DNA of 60,186 bases, filler included, from 8 parts of 8 records of this genome joined end to end with filler, not necessarily neighbours in it, one strand, 5' to 3'. Counted from the first letter of the whole stretch, positions 24,739 through 35,282 are shown. Made by a program: numbers and translations. The notes: a model not told the origin generated them from the sequence alone.

Positions 24739-25760
24739 AAAAAAGGCTTTTTCTTGTTCATCCAATCCTAGTCTTTGTGGCAGCACAATTAGCCTGGCTT
24801 TCGCTTCTCGGGCTCTGGATCTATTGGTATGTTTCAAATTATATCATCTTTAATAAAGTCGGTGACAAGCTCTCTCCTCAGCTGGTCCCAAAAACAACCA
24901 ATATAGTGGCTTTAGTTGTGGGCTTGGTCCTGCTGGTTGCCATTCTTGTTGGTATGTATTTAATATTTATATATTTAAACCGTCAAATAAGTGTTACAAA
25001 GCTTTATGACAATTTTATCGCCAATGTCACGCATGAACTCAAATCACCGTTAGCATCAATTCAGTTATATTTGGAAACGATGAAAGTGCGGCAAGTTTCA
25101 CGTTCGAAACAAACTGAATTTATTACCTTGATGACAAAAGACGTTCATCGGCTTGATAATTTAATCAATTCAATCCTTGAATTATCCAGACTCGAAAAGA
25201 AAAAAATTGCATATAATTTCCATGTTTTTAATATAGAAACTCTTATTAAAACACTCATAGCAGAATCAATCGAGCAATTCAAGTTACCTGCGGATTCAAT
25301 CGAAATAAAAGGCAGCGCTTCATGCCAATGTGTTGTGGATCGAAATGCACTAAAAATCGTTTTTAATAATCTTGTTGATAATGCCATCAAATATGCTACA
25401 AAAGCCGTTTTCATCACTATTGATCTGGATAGTTCATCAAGAAACATAAGCATAGAATTTAAAGATAATGGGATCGGTATTTCTCCTAAAAACCAAAAAA
25501 AAATCTTTACCAAATTTCATCGCATAAACAATGAAAACAGTCCCAATATAAAAGGAACCGGACTGGGTCTGTATTGGGTAAAAGAAATTATAAAGTACCA
25601 TGGTGGCAAAGTATCGGTATTCAGTAAAGGTATTAATCAGGGAACAATGTTTCGGATCGAACTCCCAATCTATCAAACTCAAAAAAAACGTTATATAAAT
25701 CAGTTGTTAAAACTGACTCAAAAAAGAGAAAAACTAAAGGTCGATACCCATGCAGAATAA
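24739..25760 (+). CDS. Sensor histidine kinase
   Basis: Two TM segments, VTHELKSPL, NLVDNAIKY, DNGIG and GTGLGL. Confidence 0.93.
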
Positions 25761-26482
25761 TTCCTATGCGGGAAGTAAATTATTACTGGTTGAGGATGAG
25801 GAAACCCTGGCAATCGGACTGGAATATAATCTGTCAGAGGAAGGCTATCATGTTATTTGGGCCAAAGATGGGAAAGAAGCACTTGACTATTTCAGCGCTC
25901 AAAAATTTGATCTGATTATTCTAGATATTATGTTGCCTTATGTGGATGGTTTTCAGGTGGCAGAAAAAATTCGCAAAACATCCCCACAAATCCCAATATT
26001 AATGCTAACAGCAAAAACAGGCGCAGCCGATCGGGTCCGGGGGCTGAAAATAGGAGCCGATGATTATTTAACCAAACCTTTTCATCTTGAGGAATTACTT
26101 CTTCGGGTAAAGGGTATGCTTAAACGCAAGGACTGGTACCATAAGGCAATAAACAGTGAGCCTATATATTCTTTTGGAAACAACGAAATCAATTTTTCAA
26201 ATCTTTCATGCAAAGCTGGTAAAAGAATCGTGCAACTGACACCCAAAGAAGCCATGGTTTTGAAATACCTGATTGATAACAAGAACAAAATTGTGTCGAA
26301 AAGAATTACTGGAAAACGTCTGGGATATAAACTCTGAAATTGAAACAAGAACAATTGACAATTTCATCGTCAGGCTGAGAAAATATTTTGAACCAAATCC
26401 CTCAAAACCAATTTATATCAAAAGTATCCGCAGCGCTGGTTATATGTTATGCGATGAATTGAGCACCAACTCAAAATCTTAA
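25750..26482 (+). CDS. OmpR-family response regulator (frameshift near 26300)
   Basis: REC (LDIMLP, KPF) plus wHTH (RTIDNFIVRLRK...GY). Confidence 0.93.
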
Positions 26483-26559
26483 TGCGTTATGTTGCCTTTA
26501 ATTGATAAATGCATTATCTTATTAAAGATGAATTCTTGAATCCTAAAAAAGTTAATACT

Positions 26560-27435
26560 ATGTTAGAAACCTATGACCAATTAGCTGAATTTTATGATCT
26601 GGAATACGATCATAAGGATGACGACATCCCATTCTACTTTGATATCGCAGATAAATACGGTTCACCCATTTTGGAAATCGGTGCCGGAACCGGCCGGTTG
26701 GCATTACCGCTGGCTGAAAACGGTTTTCAGGTTTTGGGTATTGAATACTCTGCCAAAATGCTGCAACAGGCGCGCCAAAAAATTGATGAATTACCGGAAA
26801 AATACAAAAAAAACATAACTCTGGTCAAGGGCGATATGCGCTCTTTTTCTCTGGACCAACAATTCCCTGTGTCAATTATCCCTTTTCGTGGTTTTCTTCA
26901 TAACCTGAATATGAAAGACCAGCTGGACACGCTAAAATGTATTCATAAACATTTACGTCCAAATGGCATCCTCGCTTTGGATTTATTTGTTCCGGTTTAT
27001 TCGGTTATGGCCCAAACAAAATGGCAGGATGAAATCAGCGCTGAGGAACTGGACGACGCCGTGAGTGGTGTGTCCCTGTCAACGAATGTTGCACATGAAC
27101 CTGATAAACAACTATTGACTATCAAAAATATCTATAATAAAAAAAATATGCAGGTTGTTGGACAATACAAATATCGATATATTTTTCGTTATGAAATGGA
27201 ATTACTACTCCGGTTAGCTGGTTTCGATATTTTAAGCGTTCATGGTGGTTTTCAGAAAGAACCTTACGATTTTTATAGTGGTGTTATGGTTTTTATCGCA
27301 AAAAAAATTCACATTAAACTTTTACTAATTTCAAGAGTGAATCATGATTTTTCCGGAAGAATTAGACAACAAGTCCTTTCGCCTCTTTGTTCAACGAACT
27401 TTATTTCTGATGAAACGAAATGTCACTTTATCTAA
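26560..27435 (+). CDS. Class I SAM-dependent methyltransferase (true stop probably near 27320)
   Basis: ILEIGAGTGR and GDMR motifs. Confidence 0.88.
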   Translation: MLETYDQLAEFYDLEYDHKDDDIPFYFDIADKYGSPILEIGAGTGRLALPLAENGFQVLGIEYSAKMLQQARQKIDELPEKYKKNITLVKGDMRSFSLDQQFPVSIIPFRGFLHNLNMKDQLDTLKCIHKHLRPNGILALDLFVPVYSVMAQTKWQDEISAEELDDAVSGVSLSTNVAHEPDKQLLTIKNIYNKKNMQVVGQYKYRYIFRYEMELLLRLAGFDILSVHGGFQKEPYDFYSGVMVFIAKKIHIKLLLISRVNHDFSGRIRQQVLSPLCSTNFISDETKCHFI

Positions 27436-28360
27436 AACTGAAAAAGAACTGGCCTTCCTGCTGGAAGAACATCCCGAGGTTGGGCTCTCCATCGCAGGTT
27501 CCAACCTGGATGTGAATCGACATTATAATGAAGATGATTATAATCCTTTTCTTTACTTTTCAGCAATCGATCAGGTTTACAAGCAATTAAAGAACGATCA
27601 ACCTAAAGGTATATGTCAACTCGTTGATAATTCGTTCTCCGAGGATCTGAACGACGCTGACATCCGATCCAGATTAGCCATCATTTATCTGGACCTGTAT
27701 GATCAGGCAAAAAATGAAAATGTCGAATTTTCACCAAAAACCTATTTGGATAGAGTTAAACAGATTTTAGAGGACCCATTGTATTTCGAGCACATTGAAG
27801 ACGATGGTACCATAGAAATTGAGGTCACTAAAGAAGATCCCGGAGAACTCTATTTCAGCTCTTTAATTGATAAAGCATTCACCTCCTATATGCATGCTTC
27901 ACATGAAGAAGTAAGTAGCAAACCACTTAATATAAACACCAAAATTCACGCGGCCATGAATAAACTGCCGGCTGAATGGGTTGATGCCACTGTTCTATTC
28001 TGGAAAAGACCGGCCTTTAAATTAAAAAGAGACCGGATTAAAGACATATGCTCTTATTTAACGTCAGATGTAGCACCGGAACATATTCGCGACGCAATAA
28101 ATGACGATGAACGTGCTGTGCTAAAAATATTGATCGACAACGATGGCTATATTCAGTATGGAAGAATAAGCAAAACATTTGGTGATGAATCAAAAGATGA
28201 TTACTGGTGGGTTCAAAATCCACCACGCTCCGTTATTGGACGTCTGCGGCTTTTGGGTCTGGTCTTTGTTGGAAAAGCACCCATAAAGTCAAGAAATTAC
28301 AAAGTTATTATCATCCCAAAAGACCTGATACCAGTTATAAAAAAGGTCCTTGAAAATTAG
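27344..28360 (+). CDS. Hypothetical protein (N-terminus loosely DUF1841-like)
   Basis: Long ORF in operon with EEHPE...NPFL pattern. Confidence 0.65.
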   Translation: MIFPEELDNKSFRLFVQRTLFLMKRNVTLSKTEKELAFLLEEHPEVGLSIAGSNLDVNRHYNEDDYNPFLYFSAIDQVYKQLKNDQPKGICQLVDNSFSEDLNDADIRSRLAIIYLDLYDQAKNENVEFSPKTYLDRVKQILEDPLYFEHIEDDGTIEIEVTKEDPGELYFSSLIDKAFTSYMHASHEEVSSKPLNINTKIHAAMNKLPAEWVDATVLFWKRPAFKLKRDRIKDICSYLTSDVAPEHIRDAINDDERAVLKILIDNDGYIQYGRISKTFGDESKDDYWWVQNPPRSVIGRLRLLGLVFVGKAPIKSRNYKVIIIPKDLIPVIKKVLEN

Positions 28361-30224
28361 CTCATTATATCCATTGTTTATAATTTTTTTAAAACATCAA
28401 CAACCAGGTTTAGGTTTCTATCAAGTCCTACGGGAGGGTAATTTTTTGATAAAAAAATGTATTCTTTTTACATTAATATTCTATTGTTCAGTTGTCGCAC
28501 AACCTAATCAGCAGTCTTTTTCAGTTTATGACTCATTAATGCTCAATATCACCTTCCCTGCAGACCAGGATACTTTTGCTCTGGACAACATTCGACTTTC
28601 AGGATATACAGATCCAAAAGCAACTGTATTTATAAACTCGGATCGCGTGCGAGTTTATCCTCACGGTGCTTTTGTATCACGAATAGCCCTGCAACCAGAC
28701 TCGAATCAGATCAACATCCGTGCAGAACGCAACGGACAGGTTGCGTATCAGACGTTACATATTTATCGCCCACCAGATTTAAAAACAAGTCCGGAATTTC
28801 CGACCCAAATTGACTCGAATTTAATCGAACCGGCCAAAGACCAATGGATTATGCCTGGGGATTTTTTTCAGGTCCGGTTCAAAGCAAGCCCGAATGCACT
28901 TTCGACTTTTTCAATTGACAAACAGACCAAAAACACTCGAATGGTTGAACTATCACCCCGGGAAACCTGGGGGCTTGAGGGTATATACAATGGCATCATA
29001 AAAATAAAGCCAACCTCATCCCATTCACCACACAAAATAAAATTCAATCTTTTGGGAAAGGATGGCAAAAAAATTAAATTTGAAGCACCAGGCAGGCTCT
29101 TTGTTTTACCGGAGGATATCCCTATTATTGGTCGCACAATAACGAAAACAGAATTAAAAAATGACTGGCAAAATGGAGCAAGCCTGGGTAAAATCTCCGA
29201 TTCAACCAGGGTGCAGATTATTGGTCGAAAAGGTTCCAGCTACAAAATCACGTTGGGAGATCATAAAAGCGCCTTTATTGACATTAAAAACATCGAGTTG
29301 TTGCCCTTTGGTTCTCCAATTCCAAACACAACCGTTTCAACACCATCTATTTCCTATGAAAAGGACTGGATAAAACTCTCCATGAGTGTCAATGAATCGG
29401 TTCCTTATATGATAAAGCAATCAATAGATCCTACTTTTATCGAATTGTATCTCTATAATGCCCGCCAGGGTTCACAGTGGACCACCTATCCCAATGGACT
29501 ATCTGAGATAAAAAAACTGTTTTGGGAGCAGGTTGAAGAAAATGTCCTCAAAATACATATTGGATTAAAACAGAATCTATTATGGGGACATAAAATCAGT
29601 TACAGCAACAACAAGTTGGTGCTCCGAATACGTCGCAAACCGTATATTGCACCTCGTCCGGCAAGCCCGACAAATGGACTGACTATTGTCCTGGATCCCG
29701 GCCATGGTGGAGAAAACGATCTTGGCGCAATTAGCCCTGTCGGTCTTTACGAAAAAGATATCAACCTGAAATGGGCAAAATATCTCGCAGAGATGCTCCG
29801 CAATTCCAGGGCTCATGTTGTCCTGACAAGACAAACAGATGATAGTCTTTCTCTTCGCCAAAGAACGGAAATAGCACTCGATGCCAATGCGCATATTTTC
29901 ATCTCATTGCATAATAACGCCACAGGACTGGCTTCCAATCCCACGCGTGCCAGAGGTACAAGTATCTTTTTCAATACACCTCAGAGTCAAAGCCTGGCAT
30001 ATGCTATTTATCCGCACATGGTTAAAACCGGTCTGGCGCCAATGGGACGTTCATTCACGTCATTTTATGTAACCAGAAATTCGGCAATGCCTGCCATTCT
30101 TGTGGAAGGTGCTTTTATGTCGAGTCCGGATGACGAACAATTGCTCATGCAGGATTTGTTTATAAAAAAAATGGCCCGTGCTGTATTTACGGGTTTGGAA
30201 GAATTTTTGCTTAAACAAAAATAA
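28350..30224 (+). CDS. N-acetylmuramoyl-L-alanine amidase (Amidase_3)
   Basis: VLDPGHGG, EK, ISLHNNA and ILVEGAF. Confidence 0.92.
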   Translation: MKISSLYPLFIIFLKHQQPGLGFYQVLREGNFLIKKCILFTLIFYCSVVAQPNQQSFSVYDSLMLNITFPADQDTFALDNIRLSGYTDPKATVFINSDRVRVYPHGAFVSRIALQPDSNQINIRAERNGQVAYQTLHIYRPPDLKTSPEFPTQIDSNLIEPAKDQWIMPGDFFQVRFKASPNALSTFSIDKQTKNTRMVELSPRETWGLEGIYNGIIKIKPTSSHSPHKIKFNLLGKDGKKIKFEAPGRLFVLPEDIPIIGRTITKTELKNDWQNGASLGKISDSTRVQIIGRKGSSYKITLGDHKSAFIDIKNIELLPFGSPIPNTTVSTPSISYEKDWIKLSMSVNESVPYMIKQSIDPTFIELYLYNARQGSQWTTYPNGLSEIKKLFWEQVEENVLKIHIGLKQNLLWGHKISYSNNKLVLRIRRKPYIAPRPASPTNGLTIVLDPGHGGENDLGAISPVGLYEKDINLKWAKYLAEMLRNSRAHVVLTRQTDDSLSLRQRTEIALDANAHIFISLHNNATGLASNPTRARGTSIFFNTPQSQSLAYAIYPHMVKTGLAPMGRSFTSFYVTRNSAMPAILVEGAFMSSPDDEQLLMQDLFIKKMARAVFTGLEEFLLKQK

Positions 30225-30239
30225 TTAAATGGAGAGGCC

Positions 30240-31563
30240 ATGAGATATGTGATTAGCGCTTGTTTGTTTTCTCTGCTTTTAACAATAAATTGTTCAAAAC
30301 TTTTTAGCCCGAAAAACCATATAGTCAAGCAGAGTTTAATATACGAATCTGATAATAAAATATCTTTCCCAAACATGACAAAACTTTTTTCTGGTGACTT
30401 GCTTTGCGTATTTCAGGGAAATTCGAACTCGCCAGACTCAAACTCGTCTATCCTTCTCTCCCGCTCTTCTAACAATGGTTCCAGCTGGACAATACCGGAT
30501 ACCATTATTCACACCCAATTTAATTGCCACCAGCCCTATATTACAGAGATGAGAGACGGCTCCTTATTGCTTAATTTTTATCAATCTTTTGTGGATAGTA
30601 CAAACCAAAAAACCGGTTCTGTAGGTGTGTTCGTTACACGATCATTTGACGGAGGACAGACATGGTTCCCGCCTAAAATGGTCATTATGGAGGAATACGA
30701 TTGGGCCATCACGACATGTAATATTCTCGAATTAAAAAACGGTTCGTTGCTTTTACCAATTTATGCCGGTACAAAGGATGGAAAACACACAATGCTTGTT
30801 TCGGCTTCCACTGATCTGGGACGTACATGGAATGAAAAAATCATTGTCTATCATGATTCAACAGGAATGAAAAATTTTACCAATTCCGCCCTCCTGCAGT
30901 TACCGGACGGACGAATTCTTAATATGATGAGCACGGCAGAGGAAAATCACCAGTTATTTCAGTCTTATTCGGACGATATGGGAAAAACATGGAGTGCTCC
31001 CCAAAATACACGTATCCAGGGTCAGGATCCTGCGCTTTTGCTGACAAACGATAATATTCTCGTTTGTGCATTTCAGGATTTTTCGCCCAATGGGATGAGT
31101 TATTGTTCAAGTTACGATTATGGGCTCACCTATGAGAAGGAACATATTATTGCTCCCACAACAACCCCCGGCTCTTCACCATCACTGGCACTTTTGGAAA
31201 AGGACCGCCTCGTCTGTGTTTTTTCAAATAATTCAGGATTAAACAACCAAATAGCAGCTGACTTTTTTCAGGTTTTACCCCCACTCTCACCAAACGGCAT
31301 TAGAGCGTCCGTACAAAAAGACACCACCATCAAGCTAAGATGGAATCGGGTAGATAATGCACATTATTATCTTGTTTTCCGCGAAGAGCAATCCGACTCG
31401 ACTGGATTAGTATCACAGGATTTTAACGGATTGCTCTATTCGCAAACAGATAAAACCTGGATCCTGGATAATGATATATCCGCTGATAAGACTTATCGCT
31501 ATCAAATAGTTACTGTAAGTAGCTATTCAGAACTTGTTGAAAATAGTGGTGCGAAAAGCCCCC
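30240..31563 (+). CDS. BNR-repeat/sialidase-fold lipoprotein with FN3-like tail (partial)
   Basis: Lipobox TINC and repeated Asp-boxes (SSNNGSSW, SFDGGQTW, STDLGRTW, SDDMGKTW). Confidence 0.85.
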
Positions 31564-31725
31564 NNNNNNNNNNNNNNNNNNNNNNNNNNNNNNNNNNNNN
31601 NNNNNNNTTAATTAATTAANNNNNNNNNNNNNNNNNNNNNNNNNNNNNNNNNNNNNNNNNNNNCCCCCCCTTCGCACCCACTTAAAGCAATAAAGCAAAA
31701 ACGTCTTTATACTCATGCCTGAAAA

Positions 31726-32088
31726 CTAGCCGGCATACCCTGCAGGCGCTTCGATGTCCACTTCCTCCAGGCAAGGCAGTCGCTTCAATTCAAGGATTCG
31801 ATTTTCAATCTGCGTCCCCTCCAACTCCAGGACGATAACAAAGAACCGGTCCAACCCCGAGGCCTTCTCGTTATCGGCAGGCCCCTGATCGGGTGAGGAT
31901 AAATCGAAAACGGGATATACGCTCGTGGGAGGGTATCGTTCCAACCACTCGTTGACGAGAGAGACGTCTCCGCTCTCGGAAAGAAATTTGCTGTTCCGCA
32001 AGGAGACCTGCCGTCCCTCCGCGAATTTGAGAACAATCCGTACGAGTGATATTTTTTCTGCCATAAACAAATTATCGTATCGATTCAT
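31726..32088 (-). CDS. Stand-alone subtilase prodomain/inhibitor-like protein
   Basis: Aligns by eye with the upstream S8 propeptide: GLDRFFVIVL...LKRLPCLEEVDIEAPAGYA versus DLERFYHITA...LEKNDLVEEAYFEPPSYPA. Confidence 0.6.
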   Translation of the reverse strand: MNRYDNLFMAEKISLVRIVLKFAEGRQVSLRNSKFLSESGDVSLVNEWLERYPPTSVYPVFDLSSPDQGPADNEKASGLDRFFVIVLELEGTQIENRILELKRLPCLEEVDIEAPAGYAG

Positions 32089-32293
32089 CACAATGGCCCT
32101 GTGCCGCCCTCGAAAGATTGTCTGTCGCCTGAATGGCGACATCGAGCCCTATGAACAGATTTTTGCGTCCCTCGGACCGGGCGGTGGGAGGCCATCGTAT
32201 AAAGAGGGGTATTGTTTCCAATCATCAACCCCGAAAGGACGACCGTGACACTTGTCCCCCAGCCGAATTCACGGTCTTGTAATTCCCGGAAGA

Positions 32294-32328
32294 CGGGCCG
32301 GCCCACAAGCGCTTGTGGGCCGGCCTGC
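32294..32328 (-). terminator. GC-rich stem-loop after the small gene
   Basis: GGCCGGCCCACAAG-CG-CTTGTGGGCCGGCC. Confidence 0.65.
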
Positions 32329-32337
32329 CGTCGGTAA

Positions 32338-32679
32338 TCAGTTTCCTTCTACAACAATACCTACGATCATTCCGTCGTTGTACCAGACCCTCACGTTGCT
32401 GCCGGAACCCAGGAAGGCCCGCTGCACCACGTCCTGGATGCTCCCGCTAGGGTTGTCCAAACGCTTCCAGGCATTGTTGACGTAAAGCCACAAGCTCCGG
32501 GCGCTGCCGGCCGGATAGGCAACTAGCTCGAGCCAGTACTTAGTCGCCACACCCGAAGTGACAGCCGCCACATCGGCCCCGGCCAGCCCACTGGGCGGAA
32601 TGGTAAACGCTCCTCCGGCACCCTGCCCGCCGGGCATCCCAAAACCTGCTGCAAGTGGAGATGTCGATGATTGAGTCAT
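32338..32679 (-). CDS. Small protein: Gly/Ala/Pro-rich leader plus a copy of the S8 C-terminal domain
   Basis: RBS AAGGGAG. Residues 40-113 match the protease C-terminus at 59 of 74 positions. Confidence 0.88.
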   Translation of the reverse strand: MTQSSTSPLAAGFGMPGGQGAGGAFTIPPSGLAGADVAAVTSGVATKYWLELVAYPAGSARSLWLYVNNAWKRLDNPSGSIQDVVQRAFLGSGSNVRVWYNDGMIVGIVVEGN

Positions 32680-33018
32680 GTCTTTGCTCCCTTAGTTAGA
32701 TGGTTTGATTCAAGCCCTCGTAATTAATTATCGTTTTCGGTGATACCGGCCCCTGTTCGCGTGAAACGAACACCACCGGCATCCTGTCAGCTATTAAGTT
32801 CCTTCTACTACCAGCCCCATAATCGTTCCGTTGTCGTACCAGACCCGCACGTTGTTGCCAGTACCCAGGAAAGCCTCCTGTACTGCATCCTGAATGCTCT
32901 CGCTGGGATTGTCCAAACGCTTCCAGGCATTGTTAACGTACAGCCACAAGCTCCGTGCACTGCCGGGCGGATAGGCGACCAGTTCGATCCAATATTTTGA
33001 AGCGATTCCGGATGTGAC
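32338..33018 (-). repeat. Direct duplication of a 225-nt coding domain (32338-32562 and 32794-33018)
   Basis: Ungapped alignment with many third-position differences. Confidence 0.92.
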
Positions 33019-34452
33019 CTTCGGCTGAGGAATCTTGAGAATTGCATCCTTAAGGTCCGGGCGGTTGCCGATGCGTTGCGTCTTGGGACCGTTTGGACCA
33101 TCGGTCTGGGGAGAACCGGTCGTACGGAAAATATTTCGCAGCTCGGTATACGTTAACAGTTGACCCCCTCGATCCTTCTGAATGCCCAACAGGCAGGCTG
33201 CGGCACCAACGACAATCGGCGAAGCACTTGAGGTTCCGCTGAATGACCGGGTGTACCACCTGTTCTTATTGGCGCCGCCTTGCAGACCACCGTACCCGGT
33301 GCTGACCACTTCGCGTCCCCAGCCCTGGGCATCGACGATCTGCCCGTAATTTGAGAATCCGAGCCGCGAGCCGATCGGGGCCGAAGTTCCCGCTCGACGG
33401 TGCGCCGGCGCCGACAATTAATGCGCCAGAATCCCGTTTTTTGCGATCGAACCGCCCTTGATAGACGGCGTCGTCGAGGTTCTGCGAACCATTGCCGGCA
33501 GCGGCGATCACAATAACACCTTTGGCGGTTGCATATTGAACCGCCGCAAAGTCGGCAGACCACCATTCGATAGCGATAAAACCGAATTGACCCTGCCCAG
33601 TGGCATTCGGTCCGGCCCGGTGCAGTTCGATAAGAATGATGTCGCCTTTGTTCAGCTTGTCGGCCGCTGTCTTCAGAGCCTTGGCGGGAGAGTTACCGGT
33701 ACCAAAAATCGAAACCGCCGAGAACTGGGCCAAATCAGCGATTCCTGTAACACCGAAACTGTGGCGATCGCCGCTGATCTCTCCCTGTACAGCCGTGCCG
33801 TGATTCTCCCAGCCAAGATCGCTGGTGGGCGTACCCCCGACCACTCCGCCCTGGTTGAGCAGCAGATCCTCATGGCCGAAGTTCCAGGCCCCTTCGATGT
33901 CGATAACATGAATTCCCTGTCCACGCCCGCCGTTATGCGTCCAGGCATGCTTGGCATCGACGCCCGCAGGTGCAGGGTTCAGGTAAGTCTGCTGGTTGGT
34001 GAAATCCGGAGTGGCAGGCAATAAGGTGTCTGCCGAAACGTCTTCCGGAGGATCGAAAATGGCCGGATAAGAGGGTGGCTCAAAGTACGCCTCCTCAACC
34101 AGATCGTTTTTCTCAAGATCCGCAGCTATCGCCTTTGCCTGGCTATCATCCTTGGCGGTGATGTGGTAAAACCGCTCAAGGTCGGAACCGGAAGATTCGT
34201 GGACGAGGCAAGGCTTGCCGTCACCCGATCGAGCTCCTCCTCCGTCTCCGCGAAGGTCCTCTCAATAGAAACATCGGCGTACTTGCTCAGGATCTTCTGC
34301 ACGGACGCGACGTCCGCACCGTTTGCTGAAGTTAAATTGTTGTCTGCAACGCGGGTTTGCGCTTCCTTTTTGAAGCACACAACGGCCTTGCCTTCCTTGG
34401 ATACGCTCGGAAATTCGAATCCAGCTTCGTCATTACCTTTTTTCTCGACCAA
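32794..34452 (-). CDS. S8 family serine peptidase (prodomain, catalytic domain, 74-aa C-terminal domain), frameshifts near 34180 and 33370
   Basis: RBS GGAGGT plus TTG. Asp (VIDIEG), His (ENHGTAV), oxyanion Asn (AAGNG) and Ser (FSGTSSASP). No signal peptide. Confidence 0.9.
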
Positions 34453-34862
34453 AATGCACCTCCAAAAAAAAGTGATAGGGTGATGAAAGATCTTTTTTTT
34501 CTATCAATACCATAACATAAATCTATGATTTGTCATGCTGTTGCACAAAATCTTTTTTAGTTGTTGCTTATGTACATAAATATGAAAGCCCAAACCAAGA
34601 GCTTGTGCTCGCACTGGGCTTTCTGGTAACTGACGGTTCAGGCCAGATAAGTTCCCCTGAGCTTGTCAATCGAAGGTATTGATACAGTGAAATTCTTAGT
34701 AGAATATTCTCTGATAATGATGGTTTTGTTAAATGAAATTCAGACCCCTTTTTTCTGAAAAGTTTTCTCAGATTGTTTGGGTAGTTTGAAATTGGTGTTA
34801 TGGATTTGTTCTTACGAACCTTGCAATTAAAGAAAGCGGACCTGAGTGGGCTTAAAGAAAAT

Positions 34863-34942
34863 CCTCAGAAATGACAAATGGCCCATCCAGAAATTGGTTG
34901 GGCCATTTTGTTGTTTTTTATATGGTGACAAATAAAAACGTC
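34863..34942. repeat. Hairpin element copy 1 (other copies near 35205-35286 and 36752-36831)
   Basis: AATGGCC...(G/A)CCATTT stem followed at identical spacing by RGT and AAMGT. Confidence 0.65.
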
Positions 34943-35049
34943 AACGGCTCAAATGCCAAAAGAAAAAACTTTTTTCTGGATAACTTTTGATAAAATCATA
35001 ACAAAAAGTCTGTCGGTTTCACGTTCAAAAATTAATTCCTCTTTGGCCC

Positions 35050-35190
35050 ATGGATCCGCGTTATTACAAACCTACCCAAATTTTTAACACACTCACTCCT
35101 GCCCTCGGTTTTTTTCTGAGCCTCCCCGGACTTGTGTTATTAGTCGCTCATGCATCAAGTAGCGGAAACGGCTGGCATCTTGTAAGTTTT
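35050..35190 (+). pseudogene. Hemolysin III (YqfA/PAQR) family 5' fragment
   Basis: FNTLT.ALGFFLSLPGLVLLV..ASSSGNGWHLVSF resembles the HlyIII N-terminus, then breaks off just before repeat copy 2. Confidence 0.6.
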
Positions 35191-35282
35191 GAAGTGGGCA
35201 AAAAACCTTTCAAAATAAGAATGGCCTACCCGGGTTTTTGGGTAGACCATTTAAGCGTCTGAAAAAAGGTAGTTTAAAAGAA

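Noticed and set aside
32338-33018. Duplicated segment as a DGR template/variable repeat pair or an assembly duplicate
   Set aside because: Differences are not adenine-specific, many are synonymous, both copies are coding, and no reverse transcriptase is present. The divergence is too high for a mis-assembly.
34580-34690. Structured region upstream of the S8 gene as a riboswitch
   Set aside because: A hairpin (GAAAGCCCA...TGGGCTTTC) is present, but I could not match any known aptamer consensus.
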